DNA from: an uncultured delta proteobacterium
GTDB taxonomy: Bacteria > Myxococcota_A > Polyangia > Polyangiales > Polyangiaceae
Direction of reading: 5' to 3'
Assembly: GCA_963806225.1 (NCBI GenBank)
Contig: CAWDXG010000001.1
Span: 736,001-800,000 of the forward strand
DNA length: 64,000 nt
A program made the translations under genes and the position numbers. Position 1 is the first letter of the stretch. Each line of letters opens with the position of its first letter. Positions 1 to 9,443 of the stretch are shown piece after piece. The notes under the pieces were generated by a model. The model worked only from the letters and a program-made list of their open reading frames with translations. It had not been told where the DNA came from and ran no database searches.

Positions 1-2
1 GT

Positions 3-1088
3 ATGAAGCGGCTGCTGATGGTCTGGGTAGCTCTTGCGCTGGCAGGGTGTGGCGGCTCCGCTTCCGACCTCACGTCCTCGAGCAGTGGTGGGACGGGAGG
101 CCAGGCAGGTTCGGCGGGAACGGCCGGAAGCGGCGGGGGCAACGCTGGAACGGGCGGCGGCGCGGCGGCGGGGGGAACCGCTGGTAGCGGCGGTACGGCG
201 GGAAGCGGCGGCACGGCGGGCTCGAGTGGCGCGGGCGGCACTGCGGGCGGTTCGTCGTGCACGCTTCAGCCGATGTCCCCCGGCGCGAGAACGATCAGCA
301 TCACCTCGGGCGGCCGGAAGCGCACGGCGCACCTTGTCGTCCCTGCTGGCTACGACGCCAAGAAGCGCACGCCGCTGCTTCTGCTCTACCACGGCTACCT
401 TGAAGACGCGGCCCGCATCGAATCGTCGACCGGCATGACACCGATCGCCGGCAAGCACGGCATGATCGTCGTCTACCCCCAGGGTGTGAACAACAGCTTC
501 AACGCGGGCCCGAAGTGCTGCGGGACGGCGTCCTCGACGCAGATCGACGACGTGCAGTTCACGAAGGATCTGCTCGACGAGCTCGAGAGCCAGCTCTGCG
601 TCGACACCAAGCGCGTCTACGCCGCGGGCTTCTCGAACGGCGGGATGTTCTCGAGCCGGCTCGGCTGCGAGCTGGGCTCGCGCATCGCCGCCATCGCGCC
701 GGTGTCCGGGCCGATCGCCGTGACCTCCTGCAAGCCGTCCCGTCCGATCCCCGTGATCGAGTTCCATGGGACGTCCGACATCGTTGTGCCCTACAACGGC
801 GGCGGACTCGGCGGCGCGCTGAGCGTGCCCGACGCGATCAAGCTCTGGAAGACCAACAACGGCTGCACGGACGCCCAACCGAAGACCGTCTTCCAGAACG
901 GGGACACGACCTGCGCCGCGTACCAGAGCTGCAAGGCCGGCGCCCACGTCGAGCTGTGCACGATCTCCAGCGGCGGTCACCAATGGCCGGGCGGCACCGA
1001 CCCGCTCGCCGGCGTCGGCAAGCAGACGCAGGACATCAACGCCAGCTCCGCGATGGTGGACTTCTTCCTGGCGCATCCGTTGCCGTGA
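3..1088 (+). CDS. Lipoprotein esterase, PHB depolymerase/LpqC family
   Basis: Lipobox LAGC, Gly/Ser-rich linker, GFSNGG nucleophile motif, FHGTSD and GGHQWPG motifs. Confidence 0.9.
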   Translation: MKRLLMVWVALALAGCGGSASDLTSSSSGGTGGQAGSAGTAGSGGGNAGTGGGAAAGGTAGSGGTAGSGGTAGSSGAGGTAGGSSCTLQPMSPGARTISITSGGRKRTAHLVVPAGYDAKKRTPLLLLYHGYLEDAARIESSTGMTPIAGKHGMIVVYPQGVNNSFNAGPKCCGTASSTQIDDVQFTKDLLDELESQLCVDTKRVYAAGFSNGGMFSSRLGCELGSRIAAIAPVSGPIAVTSCKPSRPIPVIEFHGTSDIVVPYNGGGLGGALSVPDAIKLWKTNNGCTDAQPKTVFQNGDTTCAAYQSCKAGAHVELCTISSGGHQWPGGTDPLAGVGKQTQDINASSAMVDFFLAHPLP

Positions 1089-1289
1089 CGCCGCGGGGCC
1101 GGTCCGACCAGACCGGCGGGCGCCCGGCTGCCGGAAATGTGGCTCGTCATCCAATCCTGGCCACCGGGTCGAAGGACGCTTGAGCCCCGCGGCGCGAGCG
1201 TCTACGTTGCGCGCCCGTCCCCGAGGGGGCGGCACGCCGCGGGGCCGGAGCCCGGCCACCGCGCCACTTCCTAGACAAGGAGATTTCCG

Positions 1290-2201
1290 ATGGCCGACAT
1301 CCGTTTCGACAACCGAGTCGCGATCGTTACCGGTGCAGGCGGAGGCCTGGGCCGCGCGCATGCCCTGCTGCTTGCCTCGCGCGGCGCCAAGGTTGTCGTC
1401 AATGACCTGGGCGGTTCCGTCGACGGCTCGGGCGTGGGCTCGAAGATGGCCGACAAGGTCGTCGAGGAGATCAAGGCGGCGGGCGGCGAAGCCGTGGCGA
1501 ACTACGACGGCGTCGACACCATGGAGGGCGCACAGAAGATCGTGAAGACCGCCCAGGACGCCTTCGGCAAGCTCGACATCGTCGTCAACAACGCCGGCAT
1601 CCTGCGCGACGTGTCGTTCATGAAGATGACCGAGGAGGACTGGGACAAGGTGCTGCGCGTGCACCTGTACGGCAGCATGTACGTCACCAAGGCGGCCTGG
1701 CCCATCCTGCGCGAGGGCAAGTACGGTCGCGTGGTGTTCACGACCAGTGCCGCCGGCCTGTACGGCAACTTCGGCCAGGCGAACTACAGCTCGGCCAAGC
1801 TCGGCATCGTGGGCCTGGCCAAGACGCTTTCGCACGAGGGCGCCAAGTACAACATCAAGTGCAACGTCATCGCTCCGGTGGCCAAGAGCCGCATGACCGA
1901 GACGATCATGCCGCCGGACGTGTTGAACAAGCTGCTGCCCGAGCACGTCAGCCCGCTCGTGGCCTACCTTTGCTCCGAGGGCGTCGAGGAAACCGCGCAG
2001 ACCTACGCCGTGGGCGGCGGCTACGTGGCGCGCGTCGCGGTCGTGGAAAGTGCGGGCGTCACGCTCGACGCTTCCAAGGGCTTTGGCCCGGAAGAGGTCG
2101 CCGGCAAGTGGAAGGAGATCAACGATCTCTCCCAGGCCAAGCCCTTCGCCAACGCGATGGAAGCGGCCGGCGCGGCGATGAAGGGCGTGATGGGCGGCTG
2201 A
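1290..2201 (+). CDS. SDR oxidoreductase, MFE-2/3-hydroxyacyl-CoA dehydrogenase-like
   Basis: TGAGGGLG, NNAGILRD and YSSAK motifs; AAGGAG RBS upstream. Confidence 0.92.
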   Translation: MADIRFDNRVAIVTGAGGGLGRAHALLLASRGAKVVVNDLGGSVDGSGVGSKMADKVVEEIKAAGGEAVANYDGVDTMEGAQKIVKTAQDAFGKLDIVVNNAGILRDVSFMKMTEEDWDKVLRVHLYGSMYVTKAAWPILREGKYGRVVFTTSAAGLYGNFGQANYSSAKLGIVGLAKTLSHEGAKYNIKCNVIAPVAKSRMTETIMPPDVLNKLLPEHVSPLVAYLCSEGVEETAQTYAVGGGYVARVAVVESAGVTLDASKGFGPEEVAGKWKEINDLSQAKPFANAMEAAGAAMKGVMGG

Positions 2202-2220
2202 GCCGGGTGCGATACTCGGC

Positions 2221-2550
2221 GTGAGGCTCCCAGTGCCCAAGAAAGCGTCCAGTCGCGCGCCCGCGTCGGCATCACTTCGAGCTCGCACGTTCGCTGTGGG
2301 CGACGAGGAGTACGCGGTCTTCGAGTTCTCGTTGGGTCAAGCCGTCGTCCCGGCAGACTTGACCCAATCCGAGCAGGAAATCGCACAAGCCGTCGTCGAC
2401 GGGCTTTCGGATAGGGAGATAGGGAACCGTCGTGGAACCTCGCCGCGCACCGTGGCGAATCAGTTGCGAAGCATCTACACAAAGCTGGGAATTGCGAGCC
2501 GGGCCGAGCTCATCGTGCGCTGCACGCGTGAGGGGCGCACTCCGCCTTGA
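2221..2550 (+). CDS. Small LuxR-type HTH transcriptional regulator
   Basis: LTQSEQEIA...GLSDREIG...SPRTVANQLRSIYTKLGIASRAEL is a LuxR/GerE HTH. Confidence 0.85.
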   Translation: MRLPVPKKASSRAPASASLRARTFAVGDEEYAVFEFSLGQAVVPADLTQSEQEIAQAVVDGLSDREIGNRRGTSPRTVANQLRSIYTKLGIASRAELIVRCTREGRTPP

Positions 2551-2560
2551 CTAGCGCGCT

Positions 2561-3613
2561 TCACTGCCGATGGCGAACGATGTGGATCAGCTCCGCTCGG
2601 TTCCGGACGCCTAGCTTCTTTGCAGCTTTCCTGAAATGAGCGGATACCAAAGCCTGGGAGAGTCCGAGCTCGAGCGCGATGACCTTGAACGATTCGTCGG
2701 ATGCTGCGCGCTCGACGATCTCGCGCTCGATAGCGCTCAATGAAGCGTGACCTTTCGGTGCAGTCGCACGATTTCGCCGTGCGACGATGAGGCGCTTCCC
2801 GTCCGAGTCCTGGTGCGCGACGATCGCCCATTCGCCCGCCAACACGGCGTCCCACAGCGCGAGAGCTTGCTCGGGGGATTGGTTGCAGAAAGCGTCGCGA
2901 TGCAGCGTCGACGCCGCTGTCGCGAGCAGCTCGCTCGCGGCAGCGGGCGCGCCACCCGGCGTCGCGTCGAGAAGGCGGCCTCGATCATTGAACACGACAT
3001 CCCAGGTGAAACCCTCAGAGAGCTGCGATCTCAACTGAAGACCAGCCCTGAAGTGATTCAAGAGTCGTCGGTACAGGTGCCGTGTTCTGGGAGCGACCGC
3101 GGTAACCTCGGACCTGGGTCCCGACAAGACGATCCCCGAGCTGTCAGAGCCGTACGCCGAGAGAACGACCTGATCGACCACCCCGGCGAGCGGCCTCGTC
3201 GCCTGCCGTACGGGCCCGGGCCCGACCGATTCCCCCAGGAATTCAGCGGCTTCGCTGTTGGAGGCGCAGGTGCCGTGCGCGTTGAACGCACGCAGTTCCC
3301 GGGGCGAGCACAGCGCGGCGGCTCGAGAGTACGCTTCGTGAAGGCTGTCGGGGCAGCCCAGGTACTGGGGACGGACGACCCGCATATGTTCGTCCCGAAA
3401 TTGCCAAAACCAACCTGACACGCCCAGTCCGTCATCGAGCTTCGGCCCAATCGCTCGAAGCAGATTCGAGAGCCACTCGGCGTCGGATACGTCGACGCGG
3501 TACGCGGCTCTCGTGGCGGCGACGGGGTCGAAGGAGCCAATTCGAATCGAGCCGGCGATCCAGAGCGGTGGATCGATGGGTATTCGAGATCCTGGTGACG
3601 GCGCGGTGACCAC
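2561..3613 (-). CDS. LuxR-family regulator with N-terminal sensor region (start uncertain)
   Basis: C-terminal LSAIEREIV...SFKVIALELGLS...KKLGVRNRAEL HTH. The ORF-track start at 3883 overlaps the next gene, so a GTG near 3613 is more plausible. Confidence 0.75.
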   Translation of the reverse strand: MVTAPSPGSRIPIDPPLWIAGSIRIGSFDPVAATRAAYRVDVSDAEWLSNLLRAIGPKLDDGLGVSGWFWQFRDEHMRVVRPQYLGCPDSLHEAYSRAAALCSPRELRAFNAHGTCASNSEAAEFLGESVGPGPVRQATRPLAGVVDQVVLSAYGSDSSGIVLSGPRSEVTAVAPRTRHLYRRLLNHFRAGLQLRSQLSEGFTWDVVFNDRGRLLDATPGGAPAAASELLATAASTLHRDAFCNQSPEQALALWDAVLAGEWAIVAHQDSDGKRLIVARRNRATAPKGHASLSAIEREIVERAASDESFKVIALELGLSQALVSAHFRKAAKKLGVRNRAELIHIVRHRQ

Positions 3614-3705
3614 GGCAGCTAGACACGAGGCTAACAGACTCGAAGGCTCGCCGTTCGACTTCGACCAGACCCGGAAATGCCGAGCGCCCTGCACCTTGCA
3701 GGGTG

Positions 3706-5496
3706 CTAGTTGCAGCCGAGTTTCAGCACTTGTACGTCGTCGATGTTCCAGCCGGAGACGACCTGGCTGTACGGATTGAAAATATAGCCGAAACGAACTT
3801 GGAGCTTGGCGTTCGAGTACGGGGTCAGCAGGAAACTCTGTGGAACCCAGCTCGAGTCGGTCGTCTCGACCGAGAGCGACCACAACAGTGACCAGCCGGT
3901 TCCGTCGAAGACCTCCACCGTGGCCGCTCGGGAGTTGAGCCAGCGCTGGAAGAGGAGTCTGACGCCGGAAGTGGCCGTGGTGGTGTCGATCACCGGGCTC
4001 ACCAGATAGTAGGCGGGGTGACCGGATGTGGGCGCGTTGCCACCAATCACAACGCCAGCAACGCCGTTGTCACTGCCCGCGGAGTGGTCGGTGCCCGGGT
4101 CCGGGAAGCCGATGCTCTGGCCCGTAGACGCTGTTGCGGCACCGATTTCCCACGTCGAGCCGAGCGTCCAACCTTGCGAGTTGTCGGCGAAGGTCTCGCT
4201 GAACAGGACGCAGCTCGGGCTGACGCACGCCCCGCCAACGCAGCTCTTGCCGGACGCGCAGGCCGAGCCGCATGCTCCGCAGTTCGCGTCGTCCGACGTG
4301 GTGTCGATGCAAACGTCGCTGCAGTCGGTCTTGCCCGTATGACAGCCGCACTGTCCAGCAACGCACTCGAGCGAGCCGGCACACGCATTGCCACACCCGC
4401 CGCAGTTCGCAGCGTCATTCTGCGTGTCGATGCACTGACCGTTACACACCGAGCTGCCGAACGCGCATTGACAGTTGCCGCTCTTGCAGATCTTGCCGTT
4501 GGTGCACTCGTTCCCACACCCGGCGCAATTGTCCGGGTCCGACTGCAGGTCGGTGCAGATACCGTTGCAGGTGCTCCAGGTTGCCGGACAGACGCAGCTT
4601 CCACTCGTGCAGATCTTGCCGTTGGTGCACTCGTTGCCACAGCCGCCACAGTTCTTCGGGTCGTTGTAGAAGTCGATGCAGGTCCCCACGCACGTGCCCC
4701 AGTTCGAAGGGCACTTGCACACGCCGGAGGTGCAGATCCTGCCATCGGTGCATTCATGTCCGCAGGCGCCGCAGTTCTTAACGTCGTATTGGAAGCTCAT
4801 GCACACCCCGCCGCATTTCCCGTCTCCAGGCGGACAGCCGCATACGCCGTTGATGCAGCTTTCGCCATGCGAGAGATCGCACTTGTTCCCGCACGTGCCG
4901 CAATTCGTCGGATTGTAGTCCGTGTCGGTGCAGACATTCCCGCACAGTTTATTCCCCTGGGGGCAGCCGCAAACGCCCTGGATGCAGAATTCCCCGGGGA
5001 GGCACTGGTGTCCGCACGAACCACAGTTGTTGCCGTTGGTTTGGAGGTTGGCGCAGCCACTGGCGCCACACCAAACCATCGGCGGGAAGCAGGGATTGGT
5101 GCAACTTCCGTTGATGCACTTTTCGGTCGAGGCGCACGCCTTTCCGCAGCTGCCGCAGTTTTTCGCGTCGCTCGTGACGTCGGCGCAAGTGCCGCCGCAG
5201 TCCGTCGCCGGCGGACTGCAGGACAACTTGCACGCGCCGCTCACGCAGTAGGAAGCCGCCGCGCACGGGGTGTTGCAACCACCACAGTGGCTCGGGTTGG
5301 TGTCGGTGTCGACGCACTTGCCATCGTACTCCCTGGTCCCGCCGGCGCACTCGAGCGCACACGCGCCGAGGGCGCATACCTGTCCTGATGGGCAGGCCGT
5401 ACCGCAGGCTCCGCAGTTCTTGGGGTCAATCTCGGTGTCGACGCACTTGCCGCCGCAGTCCTGCGTGCCGGAGCCACCGTCCGGTTTGCCGGCCCC
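3706..5496 (-). CDS. Myxobacterial Cys-rich repeat protein with C-terminal beta-sandwich (adhesin/MAM-like) domain; 5' end missing
   Basis: About a dozen ~41-aa DxxNCGxCGxxC repeats. The frame stays open upstream of 5244 with two more repeats to an in-frame TAA at 5497-5499; no start codon or signal peptide. C-terminus ends SGWNIDDV. Confidence 0.8.
   Translation of the reverse strand, partial: GAGKPDGGSGTQDCGGKCVDTEIDPKNCGACGTACPSGQVCALGACALECAGGTREYDGKCVDTDTNPSHCGGCNTPCAAASYCVSGACKLSCSPPATDCGGTCADVTSDAKNCGSCGKACASTEKCINGSCTNPCFPPMVWCGASGCANLQTNGNNCGSCGHQCLPGEFCIQGVCGCPQGNKLCGNVCTDTDYNPTNCGTCGNKCDLSHGESCINGVCGCPPGDGKCGGVCMSFQYDVKNCGACGHECTDGRICTSGVCKCPSNWGTCVGTCIDFYNDPKNCGGCGNECTNGKICTSGSCVCPATWSTCNGICTDLQSDPDNCAGCGNECTNGKICKSGNCQCAFGSSVCNGQCIDTQNDAANCGGCGNACAGSLECVAGQCGCHTGKTDCSDVCIDTTSDDANCGACGSACASGKSCVGGACVSPSCVLFSETFADNSQGWTLGSTWEIGAATASTGQSIGFPDPGTDHSAGSDNGVAGVVIGGNAPTSGHPAYYLVSPVIDTTTATSGVRLLFQRWLNSRAATVEVFDGTGWSLLWSLSVETTDSSWVPQSFLLTPYSNAKLQVRFGYIFNPYSQVVSGWNIDDVQVLKLGCN
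4486..4757. repeat. Intragenic 123-bp-period tandem repeat
   Basis: GCAGATCTTGCCGTTGGTGCACTCGTT at 4486 and 4609, with a diverged copy at 4732; it encodes the CGNECTNGKIC units. Confidence 0.8.
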
Positions 5497-5559
5497 TTAC
5501 GCCGTGCCGGCGACCCACACCTTCGGTCGGGCACGCCGGGCCCTGTCGTGCGCCTCGTC

Positions 5560-5830
5560 ACAGTGCGCGGGGCATCCCCTTCACGCCGCCCGCCCGGGTT
5601 GTCCCGGCGAGACGTGACTTCTCGTCGGAGACGACCTGCTTCAGCCATTCCACCACGGAAGCGAGCGGTTCGAGGCCGCGCAGCCCCCGGGGCGTAGCGA
5701 GCACCAGGCGGTGCTCGTCGAGCAGCTCCGAACGGAACCCCAGGCTCGTTTCGCCGTCCGCAACGAAGCATGGCAGTACGGCGACTCCGGGTCCGGCGCG
5801 CGCGAGAGCCAGGGCCGACGGCACGCTGGT
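5560..5830 (-). pseudogene. LysR substrate-binding domain remnant
   Basis: SALALARAGPGVAVLPCFVAD...HRLVLATPR...VVEWL resembles the LysR C-terminus; no HTH present. Confidence 0.5.
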
Positions 5831-5939
5831 GGGCCCGCCGCTCGGGCCGGACGACTGAGCGGGAGCGTCCGGAGCTCGAGCTTCCTGCCCTCGCCCGTTG
5901 TGGGGTCCGCGCGCGCGCGGGTATGCTGGAGCCCCGTCC

Positions 5940-6570
5940 ATGCAAAGCGACTACGACCTGCTCGATGCCTGGCGCGCCGGGGACGCGGCCGCGGGCAACG
6001 AGCTGTTCGATCGCCATTTCGACAGCATCTATCGCTTCCTCCGGAGCAAGAACGTCCGGTGACCCGGCTGACCTGGTGCAGGGCGTGTTCCTGGCGTGCG
6101 TCGAGGGCCGGGATTCATTCCGTGGGGAATCAAGCTTCCGCACCTATCTGTACGCGATAGCCAGGAAGAAGCTCTACAAGAGCTATCGGGATCGACGCGC
6201 GGGCGTCGATTTCGGCGTCACCTCGCTGGCGGATCTCGGTCCATCGCCGAGCCGCCTGGCGGACAAGCACCACACCGATCGCCTGCTGCTCGAAGCGCTG
6301 CGCGAGATCCCGCTCGAGCTGCAGATCGCGCTCGAGCTCCACTATTGGGAGCACATGGCCGGCCCGGAGATCGCGCGCGTGCTCGACGTTCCGGAGGGCA
6401 CGGTCCGGACGCGTCTGCGCCGCGGCAAGGAAGCGCTCGACGCGAAGTTGAAACAGCTCGCGCGCACTCCAGCGGAGCTCGCGACGACGCGGGCCAATCT
6501 GGAAGCGTGGGCAGAGGGCCTTCGCGAGCAGGTCGAGCCCGCCGGAGCCCGGACCGGTCCCGACGATTGA
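5940..6570 (+). CDS. ECF sigma-70 factor (one +1 frameshift near 6050)
   Basis: ATG 5940 gives MQSDYDLLDAWRAGDAAAGNELFDRHFDSIYRFLRSK; the +1 frame continues DLVQGVFLACVE...SSFRTYLYAIAR...EIARVLDVPEGTVRTRLRRG (regions 2 and 4). Confidence 0.88.
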
Positions 6571-6579
6571 GCCGCACGG

Positions 6580-8139
6580 CTACCGGGGACCCGGCGGGCA
6601 GCGCCCGTAGATCACGACCTCGTCCAGGCACAGATCCAGAAACGGGCCGCGATCGACCTCCAGCGCGGTGATGCGGATGTGGCGGGTGCGAGAGTTGACC
6701 GCGACCCGCTTGTGTTTGCCTCGATCGGTGGCGCGGTCGAACGTGACGACCTGTTCGCCTCCGTCCCAGGAGACACGCATGCGGCGGAACGTCGAGTTGA
6801 TCTTCCAGAGATCGGCGCCGGCCCCGGTCGTGGACGACCAGCCGCCGCTGACCACCACCTCCGACACCCACGTCCCGGGCCGGAAGTCCGCTTCCACCCA
6901 CTGGCCCGCGCCGTCACCCGGCGACGCCTCCGTCCAGGCGGTGTCCGGGATCCCGTCGAAGGCCTGTTCTGCCGGGTGCCCGGGCTCTTGTGACGACGCG
7001 CGCACCGCGGTCCGGCACAGCCGCGTGATGTCCTTCACCGCGAGCGGTGCGGCGCTCGCACTGGGCGCGGGCGGAAGCGCGGACGTGGCGGCGGTGGGCG
7101 GTTCGCTCTGCAGGTTCATCCACGCCACGACCGCGATGGCAGCCATCAGAACGGCCCCGGCCAGGCCGACCCAGCGTGTGATTGCGGACTCGCGCGGGGC
7201 CGCCGAGCGCGCGCCTTCGAGACGTTCCAGCAGCGCGTCCATCGAAGGGAAGCGTGCGCTCGGTTCCGGATCCAGCCCGCGCTCGAGGACTTCCGCGACC
7301 GTCGGCGGCACGCCCTCGAGATCCGCGTCCTTCACCCGCGCGAGCATCGCTTCCAGAAGCTCGTCCGGCGTGTCGCCGCGGAACGGACGACGACCCGTGA
7401 ACGCCTCGATCGCGGTGACGCAGAAGCTCCACTGATCGCTGCGGGCGTCGGCGGGCTCGCCGCGGAGCTGTTCCGGCGCCATGTACGCGGGTGTTCCGAC
7501 CAGCGAGTCGCGTGGCAGAGCGCCGTGGGGCGCCCGTGGGCTGCCGCCCGGTGGCTCGCTCCCTCTCCTGAGTGCCAGGCCGAAGTCCGAAACGCGCGGC
7601 TGGCCGTCGTCGTCCATCAGGACGTTGTCCAGCTTGAAGTCGCGGTGGACCAGGCCCTGGCGGTGGACCGCAGCCAGCCCGCGTCCCGTGGCGATCATCA
7701 CGTCCAGCACCCGCGCGGGCTTTGGCCGATCGCGCTCGAGCCACTGGCGGAGCGTGCCCTTGGCGCGTTCCATCGCGACGTAGACCTGCCCCGTGTGCGC
7801 TCCGACCTGATGCACGGTGACGACGTTGGAGTGTCTGACCCGCGCCATCGCGCGAGCTTCCTCCAGTAGGAGCTCCGTCGGCGCACCGCTGTCGCGGAGG
7901 GCCGGGCTCAGCAGCTTGAGCGCCACCACGCGATCGAGCTCGGTGTCGCGCGCTTCGTACACGACGCCCATCGCCCCCTCGCCGAGGCGTCCGAGCAGCT
8001 CGAACTGCTCGAGCCGGACGGGCTCGGCGCTTCCCCCGAACAGCCCTTGGCGCACCTGCGCGCGCACCCGGGCCTGCTCGATGTCGTCCTCGTCCGCGTC
8101 ACCAGGGCGCGGCAGAGCATCCGGGGGGTCGGCAGACAT
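6580..8139 (-). CDS. Membrane Ser/Thr protein kinase with extracellular discoidin-like domain
   Basis: LGEGAMGVV, VALK, HRDFKLDN, DFGLA, GTPAYMAPE; one TM helix; C-terminal AFDG..TAW domain. Confidence 0.9.
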   Translation of the reverse strand: MSADPPDALPRPGDADEDDIEQARVRAQVRQGLFGGSAEPVRLEQFELLGRLGEGAMGVVYEARDTELDRVVALKLLSPALRDSGAPTELLLEEARAMARVRHSNVVTVHQVGAHTGQVYVAMERAKGTLRQWLERDRPKPARVLDVMIATGRGLAAVHRQGLVHRDFKLDNVLMDDDGQPRVSDFGLALRRGSEPPGGSPRAPHGALPRDSLVGTPAYMAPEQLRGEPADARSDQWSFCVTAIEAFTGRRPFRGDTPDELLEAMLARVKDADLEGVPPTVAEVLERGLDPEPSARFPSMDALLERLEGARSAAPRESAITRWVGLAGAVLMAAIAVVAWMNLQSEPPTAATSALPPAPSASAAPLAVKDITRLCRTAVRASSQEPGHPAEQAFDGIPDTAWTEASPGDGAGQWVEADFRPGTWVSEVVVSGGWSSTTGAGADLWKINSTFRRMRVSWDGGEQVVTFDRATDRGKHKRVAVNSRTRHIRITALEVDRGPFLDLCLDEVVIYGRCPPGPR

Positions 8140-8267
8140 TGTGGCCAGGGGCTGTCGGAAGCACCCGACAGGCCCCGTAGCCCGGGTTTTTCGCCCCGGC
8201 AACGTCCGTCGCATTTTTTCGGGATCGATTTTCCGCCTCCGGGAACCACCCGCCCAGGAGACGGAAA

Positions 8268-8726
8268 ATGGGCATTTCTCGAACGACAATCAGGGCATTC
8301 CGGGTCATCGGTGCGGCACTCTGCGTGACGCTGGGGCAAAGCCCCTCCACGCTGGCCTCGCCAGCGAAGCACGCCGCTCTGGTGCACACGGCTGCAACAG
8401 CCCCGGCGCCGAAGCCGGACGCTGCGAAGGCGGTGAAGATAGCTTTGGGCGACAAGACCACGAGCGCTCCGGCGCCGGAGCACCGGACGGCGCCCGAACC
8501 CAGGCTTCGCCGCATCAAGCCCGGCGAGGTCACTGTTGCCATCGCGAAGAAGGCCCGGAAGATCATCAACGCGAACTACACGAAGCCCTTCGGCACCGAG
8601 ATCCCCTTCGAGATCGCCGGCGAGCACTACGTCGGTCGTATCGAGCGCCACTACCACCCCCCAGGCGGCAAGCTCCACCCCTGGGGCTATCACCACGGAT
8701 GCTCGGTGTTCGTGGTCGTGCGCTGA
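8268..8726 (+). CDS. Hypothetical secreted protein
   Basis: Signal-like N-terminus, Pro/Ala linker, His-rich C-terminal domain (ERHYHPPGG...WGYHHGCSVF); good codon usage. Confidence 0.65.
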   Translation: MGISRTTIRAFRVIGAALCVTLGQSPSTLASPAKHAALVHTAATAPAPKPDAAKAVKIALGDKTTSAPAPEHRTAPEPRLRRIKPGEVTVAIAKKARKIINANYTKPFGTEIPFEIAGEHYVGRIERHYHPPGGKLHPWGYHHGCSVFVVVR

Positions 8727-8761
8727 GCGTCCCGCTCCACGCCCGGACCCTGGCGACGTGG

Positions 8762-9397
8762 CTACGTCAGCGGCTTCATGACGTGCTTCCGGTAGCCGTC
8801 GCGCTCGGCAAGGCGCTGGTACCACCTTTCCACGTTCGGCGCGGCGGGGCGTTCGATGTCCAGGGCGAGCCAGCGGTAGATCGCCGAGCCTACCGGGATG
8901 TCGCCCATGCTGAACACGGGACCTGCCACGAAGTCGTAGCGGCCGAGGTGCGCGTCCAGCACGGCGACCTGCTTCGCGCAGGCCTGCCGTGAGGCTTCGA
9001 TCACCGCCGGATCCCGCTCGCCGGCAGGCGTCCGGACGAGCTGCCAGAACACCGGGCGCAGGTCGGGGCCCAGGGTGGTCTGCTGCCAGTCCATCCACTG
9101 CTCGGCACGCCAGCGGGCCTCGCCGTCGGCCGGCCACAGGCCGGGCTTGCCGTAGGTGCGGGCCAGATAGCGCACGCACACGTTCGATTCCCAGAGAACG
9201 GTGTCGCCGTCCCGGATGGTTGGCACGCGCCCGTTCGGGTTCATGGCGAGGTAGCCCGGCTCTCCCGTGCCGCCGAACGCCCCACCCAGGTCCACCCGCT
9301 CGTACGGGAGGCTCACCTCCTCGCAGGCCCACAGCACCTTCATCACGTTGATGGAGTTGTCGCGGCCCCAGATCGTCAGCTTGTTGCCCTGGACCAT
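8762..9397 (-). CDS. Glutathione S-transferase (GstB-like)
   Basis: IWGRDNSINVMKVLW, MNPNGRVPTI and LWESN motifs. Confidence 0.92.
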   Translation of the reverse strand: MVQGNKLTIWGRDNSINVMKVLWACEEVSLPYERVDLGGAFGGTGEPGYLAMNPNGRVPTIRDGDTVLWESNVCVRYLARTYGKPGLWPADGEARWRAEQWMDWQQTTLGPDLRPVFWQLVRTPAGERDPAVIEASRQACAKQVAVLDAHLGRYDFVAGPVFSMGDIPVGSAIYRWLALDIERPAAPNVERWYQRLAERDGYRKHVMKPLT

Positions 9398-9443
9398 GTA
9401 CGGGTTTTCGCATCCCTGCGGCTGTGGTGACAATTCGTACACA

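Noticed and set aside
80..260. Low-complexity GGC-rich repeats in lipoprotein genes (also near 11250, 19500 and 36000)
   Set aside because: They encode ordinary Gly/Ser/Thr linkers after lipoprotein signal peptides, common in myxobacteria.
4486..4757. Regularly spaced repeats as a possible CRISPR array
   Set aside because: The 123-bp period is a multiple of 3, lies inside a coding repeat, the intervening sequences are homologous, and no cas genes are present.
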